This document shows, piece by piece, positions 47,462-57,845 of a stretch of 64,000 nt of DNA. The stretch lies in assembly GCA_030690415.1 (NCBI GenBank), contig JAUYGZ010000008.1:47281-111280 (forward strand). Direction: 5' to 3'. The notes beneath the pieces were generated by a model. The model was not told the DNA's origin and searched no databases. It saw only the letters and a program-made list of their open reading frames with translations. This DNA comes from a bacterium. GTDB taxonomy: Bacteria > Patescibacteriota > Gracilibacteria > JAUYGZ01. Position 1 is the first letter of the stretch. Each line of letters starts with the position of its first letter. A program made the translations under genes and the position numbers.

Positions 47462-49753
47462 ATGAAGAAGATCCTTTCTTTGCTCCTCATTGGGTTTTTT
47501 GGAGTCCTCTTTGTTTCAACTCATTCTGCTCATGCTACCGGTCCAATCACTACCTCACAAATCTTGTCGCCGACAGTCAAGATTTTTTCGTTGAGGCTGA
47601 CCGCCAATAATAATGTTTCGTCGCAGAGCCTGGCTTCAGGGACACTCATCAGCGCGGACGGGAAGGTCATGACGAATGACCATGTGGTGAAGAATGAGTA
47701 TGATGAGATCCAGGAAGCATTCCAGATCTGCGTGGTCCTCAATCTCCAGGAGAAACCCCAATGTCTTTTCACCGCTTCGCTCATCTCCACGAGTAAGAGC
47801 CTCGACATCGCCGTGCTGCAGATCAACCCTCAGGATATTTATGGGAACCCTATTCCGACCTTTCCTTTTTTGAAGGCTGATACTGATTATCTCCCCGCGG
47901 AAGGGGACAAGCTGAAGGTCTGGGGTTATCCCGGAATCGGAGGTGATACCATCACGCTCACCGAAGGAACAGTCGGAGGCTATGATGAACGCGAAGGAAT
48001 TAAGCAAATGAAAACGGATGCGAATATCAGTCCCGGAAACTCCGGAGGGACCGTCATCGATAGTCAGGGAAATTTTATTGGTGTCCCATCATATCTGCGC
48101 TCCAATTATACTTCTCTCGGTTTCGTGGTCCCCATGGCTGAAATCTTGCCATGGCTTACGCTTCATATCGATAATGCTCCGGATGTGAATGAGTTTGCTC
48201 GTCTCCTAACCAATGAGTCCGCACAGGTGGAAGTGGAAACCGACAAAAGCCTCCGTTACCATTCAACCCTTTTTCCCCAATACCGGATCGATATCCCCAA
48301 ACCCTGGAAAACCATTTTTATCAATCGCAATAACTTTGTCGCCCTGAATACGGTAGAGGGACAGGACCTCTACATCGTCATCACGGTGAACAATATGCCC
48401 TTCGAAGTGGATCAGAAAGTCATGGACTTTCTCCTGGGAAAGATGGAGAAGGATCAGCATGAATACACCAATTACAAGCGAGAGAAGGCCAGCTTCAAGG
48501 GCCTGGATGGATTCCTGATCCAATATGATGAAGGACAGGTCCGTCACTATCAGTTTATTGCCCCCAAGGAGAATACGACCGTGACCTACCGCTATCGAGT
48601 CATTCTCGAGAATCGGGACGTTATGGAGCAGGCAGCCCTGGATTTTTTGGAGACCTTCGAACTGATGGATGGAGTGAATAATACGCTCCCCATGCTCCGC
48701 GAGTACTCCCAATCGCATCCGAATATCTCACTCAAGGCATTTGATGATTTCCTGATCAATCCCGTCTTCGACAGCCAGTATGAGGAAGAAATCGTGCGCC
48801 TGGAAAATCCGAAGTCTTTCGAACAAAATTTCCGTATTTTTGAAAAGCATCTGTCCAAAGACTACTGGGATCTAAGTATTCCGGAAATCCTGGAAGAAGA
48901 AACGAAGGAGATCGGGACACGATTGGTCAATAGCTTTGACGATGTCGTCATCGATGGACTGGAAGGATATGCCTACACCTACACCTACCAGGGCGATGAT
49001 TTTAATCAGCTCAGGAAACGAACCGTCGTAGTCCTCCTCACGGCGAATCATCGCTATCTGGAAGTTCAGTATGATGATCTGGTGAAGAATTATGAGCAGA
49101 ATATCGAGACCACTCTCAAGGTCCTCAAAAGTATTCAGTATGATGGTCAGGATCCGCCGCGGCGGACTGAACAGAAGGGTGTCTACCGTGTGCCGCATTT
49201 TAAGCCTCTCTTTGAAGATATTGAAAACCATCTCTACGAGCGTGAGATCAATGCTCTGGCTAGCAAGAATCTGTTGAGTCCTGAGACGGATCTGTTTTTA
49301 CCTGAGGAAAAAATCACGCGGCTGGAAGCTCTCAAGGCCATCGTCGATGCCAAGATCTTTGTCGAGAAAGGCCGCAACCTGAATACCACCCAGGATGCTA
49401 TTGATGTGTCCCCGGTTTACTCCACTTTTACCGATCTTCCCGATGGAGGCGCCAATCAAATGCTGCAGTTCGCGGTGGAGAAGGGCATCGTGGGAAGCGG
49501 TAAACTCTTTCATCCGGAGGGAGCCGTCCATCTGACCGATGCTCTGCGCATGCTCTGCGAGACCTTTGAGCTTCCGATGTGGAAGCCACCCTATGAAATT
49601 GAAATTCCCTGGTTTGTTCCGTACATCTACAAGGGTATTGAGCTCGATGTGATTCCGGTCAATGTCAAATTCTATGACCAGCTCACCCGAGGACAATTCG
49701 CACACCTACTCTATAAGTTTGTGAAAATCGTGGGGGAAAGAGAGGACCTTTAA
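47462..49753 (+). CDS. Secreted trypsin-like serine protease with C-terminal SLH domains
   Basis: Signal peptide; TNDHVV, DIAVL, ISPGNSGG; ITRLEAL and LTRGQFAHLL SLH motifs. Confidence 0.85.
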   Translation: MKKILSLLLIGFFGVLFVSTHSAHATGPITTSQILSPTVKIFSLRLTANNNVSSQSLASGTLISADGKVMTNDHVVKNEYDEIQEAFQICVVLNLQEKPQCLFTASLISTSKSLDIAVLQINPQDIYGNPIPTFPFLKADTDYLPAEGDKLKVWGYPGIGGDTITLTEGTVGGYDEREGIKQMKTDANISPGNSGGTVIDSQGNFIGVPSYLRSNYTSLGFVVPMAEILPWLTLHIDNAPDVNEFARLLTNESAQVEVETDKSLRYHSTLFPQYRIDIPKPWKTIFINRNNFVALNTVEGQDLYIVITVNNMPFEVDQKVMDFLLGKMEKDQHEYTNYKREKASFKGLDGFLIQYDEGQVRHYQFIAPKENTTVTYRYRVILENRDVMEQAALDFLETFELMDGVNNTLPMLREYSQSHPNISLKAFDDFLINPVFDSQYEEEIVRLENPKSFEQNFRIFEKHLSKDYWDLSIPEILEEETKEIGTRLVNSFDDVVIDGLEGYAYTYTYQGDDFNQLRKRTVVVLLTANHRYLEVQYDDLVKNYEQNIETTLKVLKSIQYDGQDPPRRTEQKGVYRVPHFKPLFEDIENHLYEREINALASKNLLSPETDLFLPEEKITRLEALKAIVDAKIFVEKGRNLNTTQDAIDVSPVYSTFTDLPDGGANQMLQFAVEKGIVGSGKLFHPEGAVHLTDALRMLCETFELPMWKPPYEIEIPWFVPYIYKGIELDVIPVNVKFYDQLTRGQFAHLLYKFVKIVGEREDL

Positions 49754-52338
49754 ATTCCTAACGGATTACTCATCGGTCCGCTATCAGCCGAGATATTGAC
49801 TCCGATCCGACGGATGATTTCGCGACTGACAAATTCTTTATCTCGACCGTATTTGAGCCGCGAGAGCTGAACCAGAGCTTCTCCGACTTCCTTGTCGGGC
49901 TGAAGCTCAGGGTGTTCCTGCCACCACTTGTAGGTCTTCATACTGAACGGACGGCTGATCTGGTTGTGAATACTGAGCTTAATGCAGGCATTGAATCCCT
50001 CAAGGTTGATCACGTCGGTTTCCGTGAAAACGGGGGCCATTTCTTTAGCCATGTACTCAGCATCTTTGGCTCCTATCTTGAGGTTTAGCATGGTCCCAAC
50101 GTTTCCAAAGACGGCATTCTTAATCTTTTCATCACCACCCCCTCCAGCGCTTTTTTTGATCAGCTGATCGATGTACTGGTGAGCGATGACAAGGCCCAGC
50201 TTGTACTTGCGCGCCTCGGAAAGAATGGACTCAAAGCTATCCGTGATAAAGTTTTGAAACTCATCCACGTAGAGGAAGAAAGGCTGTCTTTCTGATTGGT
50301 CCGCGATGCGCTGGCGCTTCATGGCGGCCACCTGGATCTTATTAACGAAGATCGTTCCCAGAAGGTTCGAATTGATGTCACCAATCAGTCCTTTGGCCAG
50401 CTTAACCAGCAGGATCTTTCCACTGTCCATGACCTCGTCAAATTTGAAGGCGGATTTGGTCTGACCGACAATATTGCGCATGAGGGAATTCGTGATAAAA
50501 CACCCGAACTTTGCAGCAAAGTAGGGGATCATTTCCTGTCTCTCCCGTTGTCCCGTCTGAGCCATCTGATTGACCCAAAATCCCTTCACGATAGGGTTCT
50601 TGATGTGTCTGACTTTCTCCTGTTGCCAAGCTTCATCCGTAAAAAGACGAACAATATCGGTCAGGGCACCCCCGTCGGGATCTTCCATAAGGGTCAGACA
50701 ACCGTTTCGGAAGTAGTCCTGGATACGTGGTCCGAAGATCTCGTCACCGAACATCCCGATCATCATGTTCATGGCTTCCAAAGCGATGTAGTCGCGCTCT
50801 TCAGGATTGTCCGCCTCCAGCATATTGAGTCCCATAGGACGCTCGGTGTCTGAAGGGTCGAAGACAATGACGTCGTCAGCCCTCTCCCGTGGGATCCAAC
50901 CCAGAATCCCGTCAACCAGATCACCGTGAGGATCCACCACACAGATTCCTTTCCCATTTTTGACATCCTGCTTGATCAGGGACTGAAGAAAAACGGATTT
51001 TCCCGTACCGGTCTGACCGATCACGTAGAGATGACGAAAGCGATCCTCCAGCTGCATGGGAATATCCGTTCGTTCACTGCGGTGAAGATTGTAGCCCAGC
51101 CAGATATCTCCATCCTCCGGCAATCCATCAGGGGGAGGAGTGATCCGAAAGCGTTGCCAGGCGAGGTTTGGAATATTGTTGTACTTGGCTGCCGGGACAT
51201 GCCAGATCGAGGCGATTTCTTCGGAACTCATGATCATCTTATGACCTTGGAGCCAGGCTGTCAGATGTCTCCAGAGTGATCTGTAGATGAAGTTGATAAT
51301 TAATCGCTTTTGAGAGGCATAGAGCACTCCCACAAATCCGTTGAGTGAAGGGGAATTGTATTGTCCAAACGCCGTGGATATCCCATTGACGATTTCCTGA
51401 GCGTGCTTTTTGCTTTTTGAGCTCCCTACGATGCGAAGAACGGTTTCCCATCCCGCGTGCGAGGCTTTTTCGCCAATTGATTTCACGATTTCATCAGTTT
51501 GGGGGGTGGTTCTGGTCGTCCCTTTCGCTAGGTCAACATTGTCAATAGACTCATCCGTCCCCAGGGCAAAGATCCTGACGAGCATCCGAAGCCAGGAGAG
51601 GGGATTAATATAAGTTAAGATGCTTCGTTTTGCTTTGTTTTCAAAAAGGTCTTCTGAAATAGCCTTACTCTTCTCCTGCCAGCCGTTTTCACGGGGGCGA
51701 ATGACCAGCTGCACCCCTGCGGAATCGGTGAGGCCCAGCTTGGCCATGGCATTGAGCACGGCGTTCATGGGCTCAGTATTCGTGTGCTGATAGGTTTTGA
51801 TGGGGTAAGCATAGTGCTTGCTGAGCTTCAGGTATCTTCCGACAGCATGTGTCCCGGGCTTGAACAGATTGTATTCCTCGACCTCTTCGATCAGAGCGTC
51901 AGGATAAAATGAAGTCAGCGTTTTCTGGAAAACAGATTTTTGGCTGTGTGGGATCACCACGTAGAAAAATATCTGCCCGTCCGTGGCAACGATCTCCAGG
52001 GAGTAAAAGTTTTGACCGGCAAAGTAACGGTACCAGTAGCGGGAAGAAGAAAGAGCGCTGAGTGACTCCAGACACTGGGTCATAATCCCGACTTGTTTGA
52101 TGAAGTCCTTTGACGAACCAAACATTTCTCCTTCATCTTCTTTTTCTTGTTTTCCCTCTTTTTTCGGCACGAGAATCTTCAAAAAGATCATTTCGAGACT
52201 CCTTTTTCGATTATAATACCATTCGATCAGATAGCTGAGGAGAATGATCAGCAATACTCCCAGAACAAGCCCCAGTATCAAGGAAAGAATGGGGTGAAGA
52301 GAGAGCCAGCCGAAAAGGGAAGACAACCATTGGATCAT
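49750..52338 (-). CDS. VirB4/TraG/HerA-like ATPase (type IV secretion coupling-type, CPR)
   Basis: N-terminal TM; RHLYVIGQTGTGKS, VDPHGDL, LYVDEFQNF, SEARKY, AHQY. Confidence 0.88.
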   Translation of the reverse strand: MIQWLSSLFGWLSLHPILSLILGLVLGVLLIILLSYLIEWYYNRKRSLEMIFLKILVPKKEGKQEKEDEGEMFGSSKDFIKQVGIMTQCLESLSALSSSRYWYRYFAGQNFYSLEIVATDGQIFFYVVIPHSQKSVFQKTLTSFYPDALIEEVEEYNLFKPGTHAVGRYLKLSKHYAYPIKTYQHTNTEPMNAVLNAMAKLGLTDSAGVQLVIRPRENGWQEKSKAISEDLFENKAKRSILTYINPLSWLRMLVRIFALGTDESIDNVDLAKGTTRTTPQTDEIVKSIGEKASHAGWETVLRIVGSSKSKKHAQEIVNGISTAFGQYNSPSLNGFVGVLYASQKRLIINFIYRSLWRHLTAWLQGHKMIMSSEEIASIWHVPAAKYNNIPNLAWQRFRITPPPDGLPEDGDIWLGYNLHRSERTDIPMQLEDRFRHLYVIGQTGTGKSVFLQSLIKQDVKNGKGICVVDPHGDLVDGILGWIPRERADDVIVFDPSDTERPMGLNMLEADNPEERDYIALEAMNMMIGMFGDEIFGPRIQDYFRNGCLTLMEDPDGGALTDIVRLFTDEAWQQEKVRHIKNPIVKGFWVNQMAQTGQRERQEMIPYFAAKFGCFITNSLMRNIVGQTKSAFKFDEVMDSGKILLVKLAKGLIGDINSNLLGTIFVNKIQVAAMKRQRIADQSERQPFFLYVDEFQNFITDSFESILSEARKYKLGLVIAHQYIDQLIKKSAGGGGDEKIKNAVFGNVGTMLNLKIGAKDAEYMAKEMAPVFTETDVINLEGFNACIKLSIHNQISRPFSMKTYKWWQEHPELQPDKEVGEALVQLSRLKYGRDKEFVSREIIRRIGVNISADSGPMSNPLGI

Positions 52339-52367
52339 GATATGAGATCAACCGGGTCGAGGTAAGA

Positions 52368-52880
52368 CTAGAGAAAAAGGAAGAAAGGGACTTTGAGCAG
52401 GTCGGTAGAGTCCGCAAGAAAGGTACTGAAAACGATAAACAGGATATAAAAGAGGCTCAGTGATCCGATAACCCCGATCAGCGTCCCCAGCATAATATTT
52501 TTGACGGGATAGCGGGTAGCAATGATGAGCAGCAGAGATTGAAGAAGGGTGTAGAGAGGCACGACGACGAAAATGACGATGATATTGCGGTAAACCCAAT
52601 AATACTCCGTCGCAGTCTCTCCCCCCGGTAAGAAAACAGAATCCGCAAGAAAGCTGACACCGTATCGTGCCACTGCTGCGAGTAAAATGCCGAGGACAAA
52701 GGTACCCAGGAACAACTTAAATGACAGCCAGGCTGACTGAAGCCACTTGAGCTGAAACTGCCATCGAAAAACGATGATTTCGATGAAGAAGGCAAAGAAA
52801 AAAGGAGCTACGAACCCGAAGGTCACGGAGAGGAGGGCGGGAGCAACACCACCCAGCATGTCATTGAGATTTTCGAACAT
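52368..52880 (-). CDS. Hypothetical membrane protein
   Basis: Four or five hydrophobic segments. Confidence 0.65.
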   Translation of the reverse strand: MFENLNDMLGGVAPALLSVTFGFVAPFFFAFFIEIIVFRWQFQLKWLQSAWLSFKLFLGTFVLGILLAAVARYGVSFLADSVFLPGGETATEYYWVYRNIIVIFVVVPLYTLLQSLLLIIATRYPVKNIMLGTLIGVIGSLSLFYILFIVFSTFLADSTDLLKVPFFLFL

Positions 52881-53025
52881 AAATAAGGGGGCTAATGGTC
52901 AGGACAAGGGTCCAAATGTTTCTCCATCAGTGTAGCACCATCTCAGGGGCTTGTCCTCAGAATGAGATGAGATGATTTAATAGGGATTGCGGTGTTAAAA
53001 AAATTCTCTACAATGACTTTGCTGC

Positions 53026-53118
53026 GGAAGGATACTCAAGTGGCTGAAGAGGCGGCTTTGCTAAAGCTGTAGGGGGGTGCAAGCCCCCGCGAGGGTTCGA
53101 ATCCCTCTCCTTCCGCCA
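53026..53118 (+). tRNA. tRNA-Ser(GCT)
   Basis: GGAAGGATACTCAAGTGG...CGGCT TTGCTAA AGCTG, long variable arm, GGTTCGAATCC...GCCA. Confidence 0.97.
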
Positions 53119-53130
53119 TCCTCAGCCCCC

Positions 53131-53188
53131 TTCCTCCTTATTGTCCTTATCGTCCTTCCCCTCCTAACAGTCCTTCTTCCCCTTGTCC
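53131..53188. repeat. Degenerate 9-bp tandem repeat (TCCTTATCG) after tRNA-Ser
   Basis: ttcctccttattgtccttatcgtccttcccc closely matches 41290-41329 inside rpsA. Confidence 0.7.
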
Positions 53189-54166
53189 AATCTCTTCCTT
53201 TTTACCGGCGAGAACCATCAGGCTCTTCAGGAAAAGCTGAAATTTTGGGAAAAGGCCTTTATCGAAAAGCATTCCGATAACAATCTGGAAGTCTTCGATG
53301 ATGTCCAACAGGGGGATCTTTCCCGCATTATCAACGCTGTCGACTCCCAGCCTTTTCTTGCGGAGAAACGAATGATCATCATAAAAGGTCTTCCCCAGGG
53401 GGCCGACGTGAAAAAGAAGATTGAGCTTGAGAGTCTGGAACCACTCTTAGAAAAAGACAACATACCCGAGAGCAGTGTGGTCATTTTCGTCAGCCCCCGG
53501 CCGGATAAGCGATCCCGTTTTTTTAAGCTCCTGAGCAAGGCTGCGCAAGTGGAGACCTTTGAGCTGCCCAAAGGAGCCGCGTTGCGGCAGTGGGTCCAGC
53601 AACGCTTAGCGGCTCAGGAGAAGAAGATTACTCCTCAAGCCATTGACTTGCTCCTCCTCTTTTGCGCTGAGGACGTCAATCGCATGGCGAGTGAGATAGA
53701 GAAGCTGGGACTGCTTCAACGGGATCTTATCGACGAAGAGGCCATAGAGCTGATCGTGAGTCCCAATCCTGAAGCGAAAATCTTCAAAGCTCTGGATCAG
53801 ATCGGAAAACAGAGTCTGAGTGAGGTCCTGAAAAGCTTTGAGGAACTGGTCAGAGGAGGTGAAGAGGTCATGCTCATCTTCTTTATGATCGTTCGGCAGT
53901 TTCGACTTCTCATCCAGATCCGATCCCTTCTGGATAGAAGATCCCCCCAGGGACTTATCCAAAAGCGATTGAAACTGGCTCCCTTTCAGGTCGCCATGCT
54001 GGAAAAGCAGGCCTCTACTCAAAGCCTGGACACCATGAAAAAAGCCTACCGTCAGCTTGTGGAAATTGACTGGCAGCTGAAAACCGGAAGGATTCCAACC
54101 AGTGTCGGACATGAGGAATTGTTTGTATTGAAGATTGATCAATTTTTGTGTTCTCTCTATGAATAA
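53183..54166 (+). CDS. holA: DNA polymerase III delta subunit
   Basis: LFLFTGE, SQPFLAEKRMIII, DKRSRFFK, SEIEKL, IDWQLKTG. Confidence 0.9.
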   Translation: MSNLFLFTGENHQALQEKLKFWEKAFIEKHSDNNLEVFDDVQQGDLSRIINAVDSQPFLAEKRMIIIKGLPQGADVKKKIELESLEPLLEKDNIPESSVVIFVSPRPDKRSRFFKLLSKAAQVETFELPKGAALRQWVQQRLAAQEKKITPQAIDLLLLFCAEDVNRMASEIEKLGLLQRDLIDEEAIELIVSPNPEAKIFKALDQIGKQSLSEVLKSFEELVRGGEEVMLIFFMIVRQFRLLIQIRSLLDRRSPQGLIQKRLKLAPFQVAMLEKQASTQSLDTMKKAYRQLVEIDWQLKTGRIPTSVGHEELFVLKIDQFLCSLYE

Positions 54167-54318
54167 TTTTTTTATTCTTTTTGCTTAAATTGAGAGCAAA
54201 ATGCCTTCTGAGATCGAATTGAGTTATCTCAGGCCCTTGTGTCTTTTTCACAATAGTGGTTTTTTTGCTTGAATAATTTTTCAGGACATGTATAAATCAT
54301 GTGTACGTAAATGTGACC

Positions 54319-54897
54319 ATGCTGAAAGCGCTCTTCAGTTCCAATACTCGAGTAAAGCTTCTCATTGCCTTTCTCTCAACACCGGGGGAAGAGTTTTTTA
54401 TAAGGGAACTTACCAGAAAGCTGAACGAGCAGATTAACTCCATTCGTAGAGAGCTGAATAATCTGAAAAAAATTGGACTCCTCAAGTCCCGTTCGAAAAA
54501 CCGAAAGAAGTATTATTACGTTAACGAGGATTTCCTAATCCTTGATGAGCTGCGGTCCATGGTCAACAAGTCAACGGATCCCAAAAAAGAGCTCATCAAG
54601 AAGCTCCAGAAGCTTGGGAATCTTTGGTTGGTTATTTTTTCGGGTGTTTTTGTCGATAAAAAGGATAAACCTTTGGACTTTCTGGTCATTGGGGATATCA
54701 GCAAGCAGGATCTCAGTGATTTTTTTGCGTCTGAAGCCAAGGAATACCGAGATGTGAAATTTGGTATCCTGAGTAAGGATGATTTCATGTACCGCCTCCG
54801 TTTGAACGACAAGTTTATCGTTGACATGCTCAAAGACCCTGATAATATCATTGGGCTCAATAAGCTGAAAGGTCCGCTCAACAAGATCGTCAGCTAG
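54319..54897 (+). CDS. wHTH plus nucleotidyltransferase-like regulator (CPR-type)
   Basis: LFSSNTRVKLL, FIRELTR..EQINSIRRELNNL, LDFLVIG. Confidence 0.75.
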   Translation: MLKALFSSNTRVKLLIAFLSTPGEEFFIRELTRKLNEQINSIRRELNNLKKIGLLKSRSKNRKKYYYVNEDFLILDELRSMVNKSTDPKKELIKKLQKLGNLWLVIFSGVFVDKKDKPLDFLVIGDISKQDLSDFFASEAKEYRDVKFGILSKDDFMYRLRLNDKFIVDMLKDPDNIIGLNKLKGPLNKIVS

Positions 54898-54923
54898 TTT
54901 GAGTCGCATTCTAAGCCACTTTC

Positions 54924-55493
54924 ATGGATTCAGCACTCGCCCTTATTGCCCAGTCAAGTCTCAAACAAGGTCTCCCAACTTTCAAGGTGGGACAGACCGT
55001 CCGTGTTCATCAGAAGATTAAGGAAGGAGGAAAAGAACGCGTCCAGGTTTTTGAAGGCTTAATCATTCAGACCAATAAAGGAACCGGAATCAGCGGCACT
55101 GTCACAATTCGAAAAATCGTTGATGGCATTGGCGTTGAGCGTATTTATTCGATTCATTCTCCGAATATTGCCAAAATTGAAATTACCAAGGAAGCCAGGG
55201 TCCGACGAAGCAAACTCTATTACATGCGAGATTTGACCGGCAAGTCAGCTCGTATGAGGACGACTATACTTGAGGGACAGGTCTTCGAACCAAAGTCTGC
55301 CGCTCAGATTCAGGCTGAGAAAGATGCTGTAGAAGCTGAAAAGCAGGCTCAGAAGGACGCTGCTGAGGCTAAAAAGGCTGCTGAGAAGGTTCAGGATGCT
55401 GCTTCGGAGAAAGAAGTACAGAACGATGCTCCTGCTGACGAATCAGGTAAAGATGAAAATAATGCTGTAGAGGCAGAAAAAAAGAGCGAGTAG
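54924..55493 (+). CDS. rplS: 50S ribosomal protein L19 with A/E/K-rich extension
   Basis: FKVGQTVRVH..IKEG.KERVQVFEG, GVERI, VRRSKLYYMR. Confidence 0.97.
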   Translation: MDSALALIAQSSLKQGLPTFKVGQTVRVHQKIKEGGKERVQVFEGLIIQTNKGTGISGTVTIRKIVDGIGVERIYSIHSPNIAKIEITKEARVRRSKLYYMRDLTGKSARMRTTILEGQVFEPKSAAQIQAEKDAVEAEKQAQKDAAEAKKAAEKVQDAASEKEVQNDAPADESGKDENNAVEAEKKSE

Positions 55494-55541
55494 AGTCATC
55501 TTCACTCGGGTTTAAACCCTTCATCATGCTATGATGAGGAC

Positions 55542-56525
55542 ATGAAACTCGCACTATTCGGCAACTACGGTGTCAATAATCTCGGGGATGACCTCATCCT
55601 GAAGGGATTTTTGAATCAGCATCCGGACGATGAAGTGATGGTTTTTTGTGGGAACCCCGATCGGGTCCACAAGCAATTTGGGCTGGAAGCTCATCCCTTC
55701 TTTCCGGGAGGCTTCAGATCGATTTGGAAGTATTTGATTTCCTCGCCTTATCGGCGGCTCTTCAAACGAGGCTTGAGAGAACTGAAATCGGCTGATCGAA
55801 TCTTTGTCGGTGGAGGAGGGATCCTTGTGGACCGGCATTTCAAGGCGGTTTTTCTTTGGTGGAGGCAGTTAAGAAATATTTCCCGAAGCGGAACTCCCTT
55901 TGCATTCGTAGCGAACTCGTTTGAATTGAAGCACTGGTGGAGCCAATGGCTTTTCAAAACGTATCTGAAAAGTGCTGAACAGGTCACGGTAAGGGACAGC
56001 GCTTCTCTCCGCCTCGCTCACTCGCTCGGCGCGCAGGCTAAACTGGTGGAGGACCTGGCGATGGAGAATGTAGGAGTGAAATTTAGAATGAAGGATCCAA
56101 AGAAAACTATCGTACTGGCTCTTTGCAAGTGGGGCCTGGACAAGCGGAAGATGGCTGAACTGAGGAACTTCGTTCGGTCGCGACAGGAGGAAGGCTTTGA
56201 AGTTATCGGCCTGGCCTTCCAGACGGAAGGAGATGATGATCGGGAAGTATTCGCTGAACTGGACACGGGAATCCCTGTTCGGAGTGGGATGGAGGAGGTT
56301 TTGACTGAACTCGGAAATTGTAATCTGATCGTCGGCATGAGATTCCACTCCGTCCTCCTGGGCCTGAAAATGCAGAAGCCTGTCATCGCCATCGCATATC
56401 AGAAGAAGGTCAGGCACCTCATGGAGGATGCCGGCAAAGAGATGCTGTGTCTTGAGATTCAGAACCTGAATGGGGAAAAGCTCCAATCGGTTTTTGAGAA
56501 AGCGGTTGAAGAAGGGGATGGGTGA
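55542..56525 (+). CDS. Polysaccharide pyruvyl transferase (CsaB-like)
   Basis: GNYGVNNLGDD, VGGGGI, VTVRD, GMRFHS, IAYQKKV. Confidence 0.85.
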   Translation: MKLALFGNYGVNNLGDDLILKGFLNQHPDDEVMVFCGNPDRVHKQFGLEAHPFFPGGFRSIWKYLISSPYRRLFKRGLRELKSADRIFVGGGGILVDRHFKAVFLWWRQLRNISRSGTPFAFVANSFELKHWWSQWLFKTYLKSAEQVTVRDSASLRLAHSLGAQAKLVEDLAMENVGVKFRMKDPKKTIVLALCKWGLDKRKMAELRNFVRSRQEEGFEVIGLAFQTEGDDDREVFAELDTGIPVRSGMEEVLTELGNCNLIVGMRFHSVLLGLKMQKPVIAIAYQKKVRHLMEDAGKEMLCLEIQNLNGEKLQSVFEKAVEEGDG

Positions 56526-56544
56526 TCGTAGAGTGATTGCATGA

Positions 56545-56568
56545 ACCCCTAACCCCTTACAAGGGGAA
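56545..56568 (+). repeat. 24-bp dispersed element (copy 2)
   Basis: ACCCCTAACCCCTTACAAGGGGAA, identical to the reverse complement of 18064-18087. Confidence 0.85.
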
Positions 56569-56576
56569 AAAGAATT

Positions 56577-57818
56577 ATGTCCTTTTTTAAAAGACGACAT
56601 CGCCGACGGAGCACGGGAGTCTCTAAACCCCGCTGGAATATGCGCCATAAGCGCACCAGTCTGCTGAAAATCACGCAACTCTTTCGGGGCAGTCGTCTGG
56701 CTTTTTTAATCAGTTTTGTGCTCATCTTCCTCGGAGTGTACGTTGCTTTTTATACTCCCATCCTGCTCGTCCAGACCGTGGAAGCCACGACGGAGTACCA
56801 GGACATCAATATTGAAGAGCTCAGACAGACGGTTGGCGAAAAGGTGGTCAATCAGAATGCTCTCACCATGGATCTGCACGGTATCGAGATGGAAATTTAT
56901 GAGCGTTTTCCTGATATTTCAGCCCTAAACTGTGATCGACACCTCTTCACCCGCTCAATCACCTGTGAGGTCATCGGGTACGAACTGGTCGCGGTGGTGA
57001 AGAATCTCGGAGAACGCTATTACATCAACGAAAACGGGGTTGTGATCACTTTTGACAACCGGAAAATCGGACTGCCGATCTTTGATCTGGTCCTGAATCC
57101 CGTGTATGCAGACCTGGAGCCATCAGAAGCATCTCCCCTCAGCGCCCTTCAAACCCCTAACCCCTTACCGTTCGGTCCCGAGCTCACGGTCGAGGGACAT
57201 GGGGAACCAACACCTCCCGCTTTGGTGAACACTCCTTTGGATCCATCATCCGGATCACTGACGGGGAGTATTTTGCTAGAGAGGGCTAGGGGAGTGAAGA
57301 AGGAAGATAATCCCCAGGCTCTCGACCCTCAACCCATAACTCTGAACTCTGAACAAGATGCCATTACCTTCATTTCTCCCTTTGATGCCCCGCCCGTAGA
57401 ACCCGTGATCAAGGCTCAGAGAGAAGTTTTTGATATTGTTGTGGGCAAAAAAATTCTCGATCCTGAAGAATTGAAGAAAATATTGGACACGATCAAGGAA
57501 TTGGAAAAGGTCTTGGGTCGTAAAGTGATTCATGTCCAGTATGTACAGGTAGCAGCGGAGTTGAGTTTGACAAGCAGGCCACAAACCCTCGACCCTGAAC
57601 CCTCAACTCTCAACTCTGAACCATCGACCCTCAACCCTGAACCCTCAACTCTGAACACCTCTGAAGCTCCGGACCATGAATTTACCATTTTCCTGGATTT
57701 GCGGCGCAATCTGGAAGACCAGTTTACGAAGCTCAAAAAAGTCAAAGAAGTCATTGATTTCAGCATCGTGGAGCGGATTGACCTGAGTATTGACGGGGAG
57801 AAAGTGTTTTATAAATAA
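56577..57818 (+). CDS. FtsQ/DivIB-like cell division protein with repeat-derived insertions
   Basis: Basic N-terminus, single TM, POTRA-like segment, YYINENGVV, C-terminal RIDLSIDGEKVFYK. Confidence 0.65.
   Translation: MSFFKRRHRRRSTGVSKPRWNMRHKRTSLLKITQLFRGSRLAFLISFVLIFLGVYVAFYTPILLVQTVEATTEYQDINIEELRQTVGEKVVNQNALTMDLHGIEMEIYERFPDISALNCDRHLFTRSITCEVIGYELVAVVKNLGERYYINENGVVITFDNRKIGLPIFDLVLNPVYADLEPSEASPLSALQTPNPLPFGPELTVEGHGEPTPPALVNTPLDPSSGSLTGSILLERARGVKKEDNPQALDPQPITLNSEQDAITFISPFDAPPVEPVIKAQREVFDIVVGKKILDPEELKKILDTIKELEKVLGRKVIHVQYVQVAAELSLTSRPQTLDPEPSTLNSEPSTLNPEPSTLNTSEAPDHEFTIFLDLRRNLEDQFTKLKKVKEVIDFSIVERIDLSIDGEKVFYK
57585..57657. repeat. Degenerate 7-bp tandem array in the FtsQ-like CDS encoding (TLxPEPS)n
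   Basis: accctcg accctga accctca actctca actctga accatcg accctca accctga accctca actctga. Confidence 0.85.
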
Positions 57819-57845
57819 GGGGGTGTAACCTCAGGCCGGATGGGC

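Noticed and set aside
49750-52338. Conjugative element
   Set aside because: No relaxase, oriT or other tra genes nearby; this ATPase type is a common chromosomal gene in CPR
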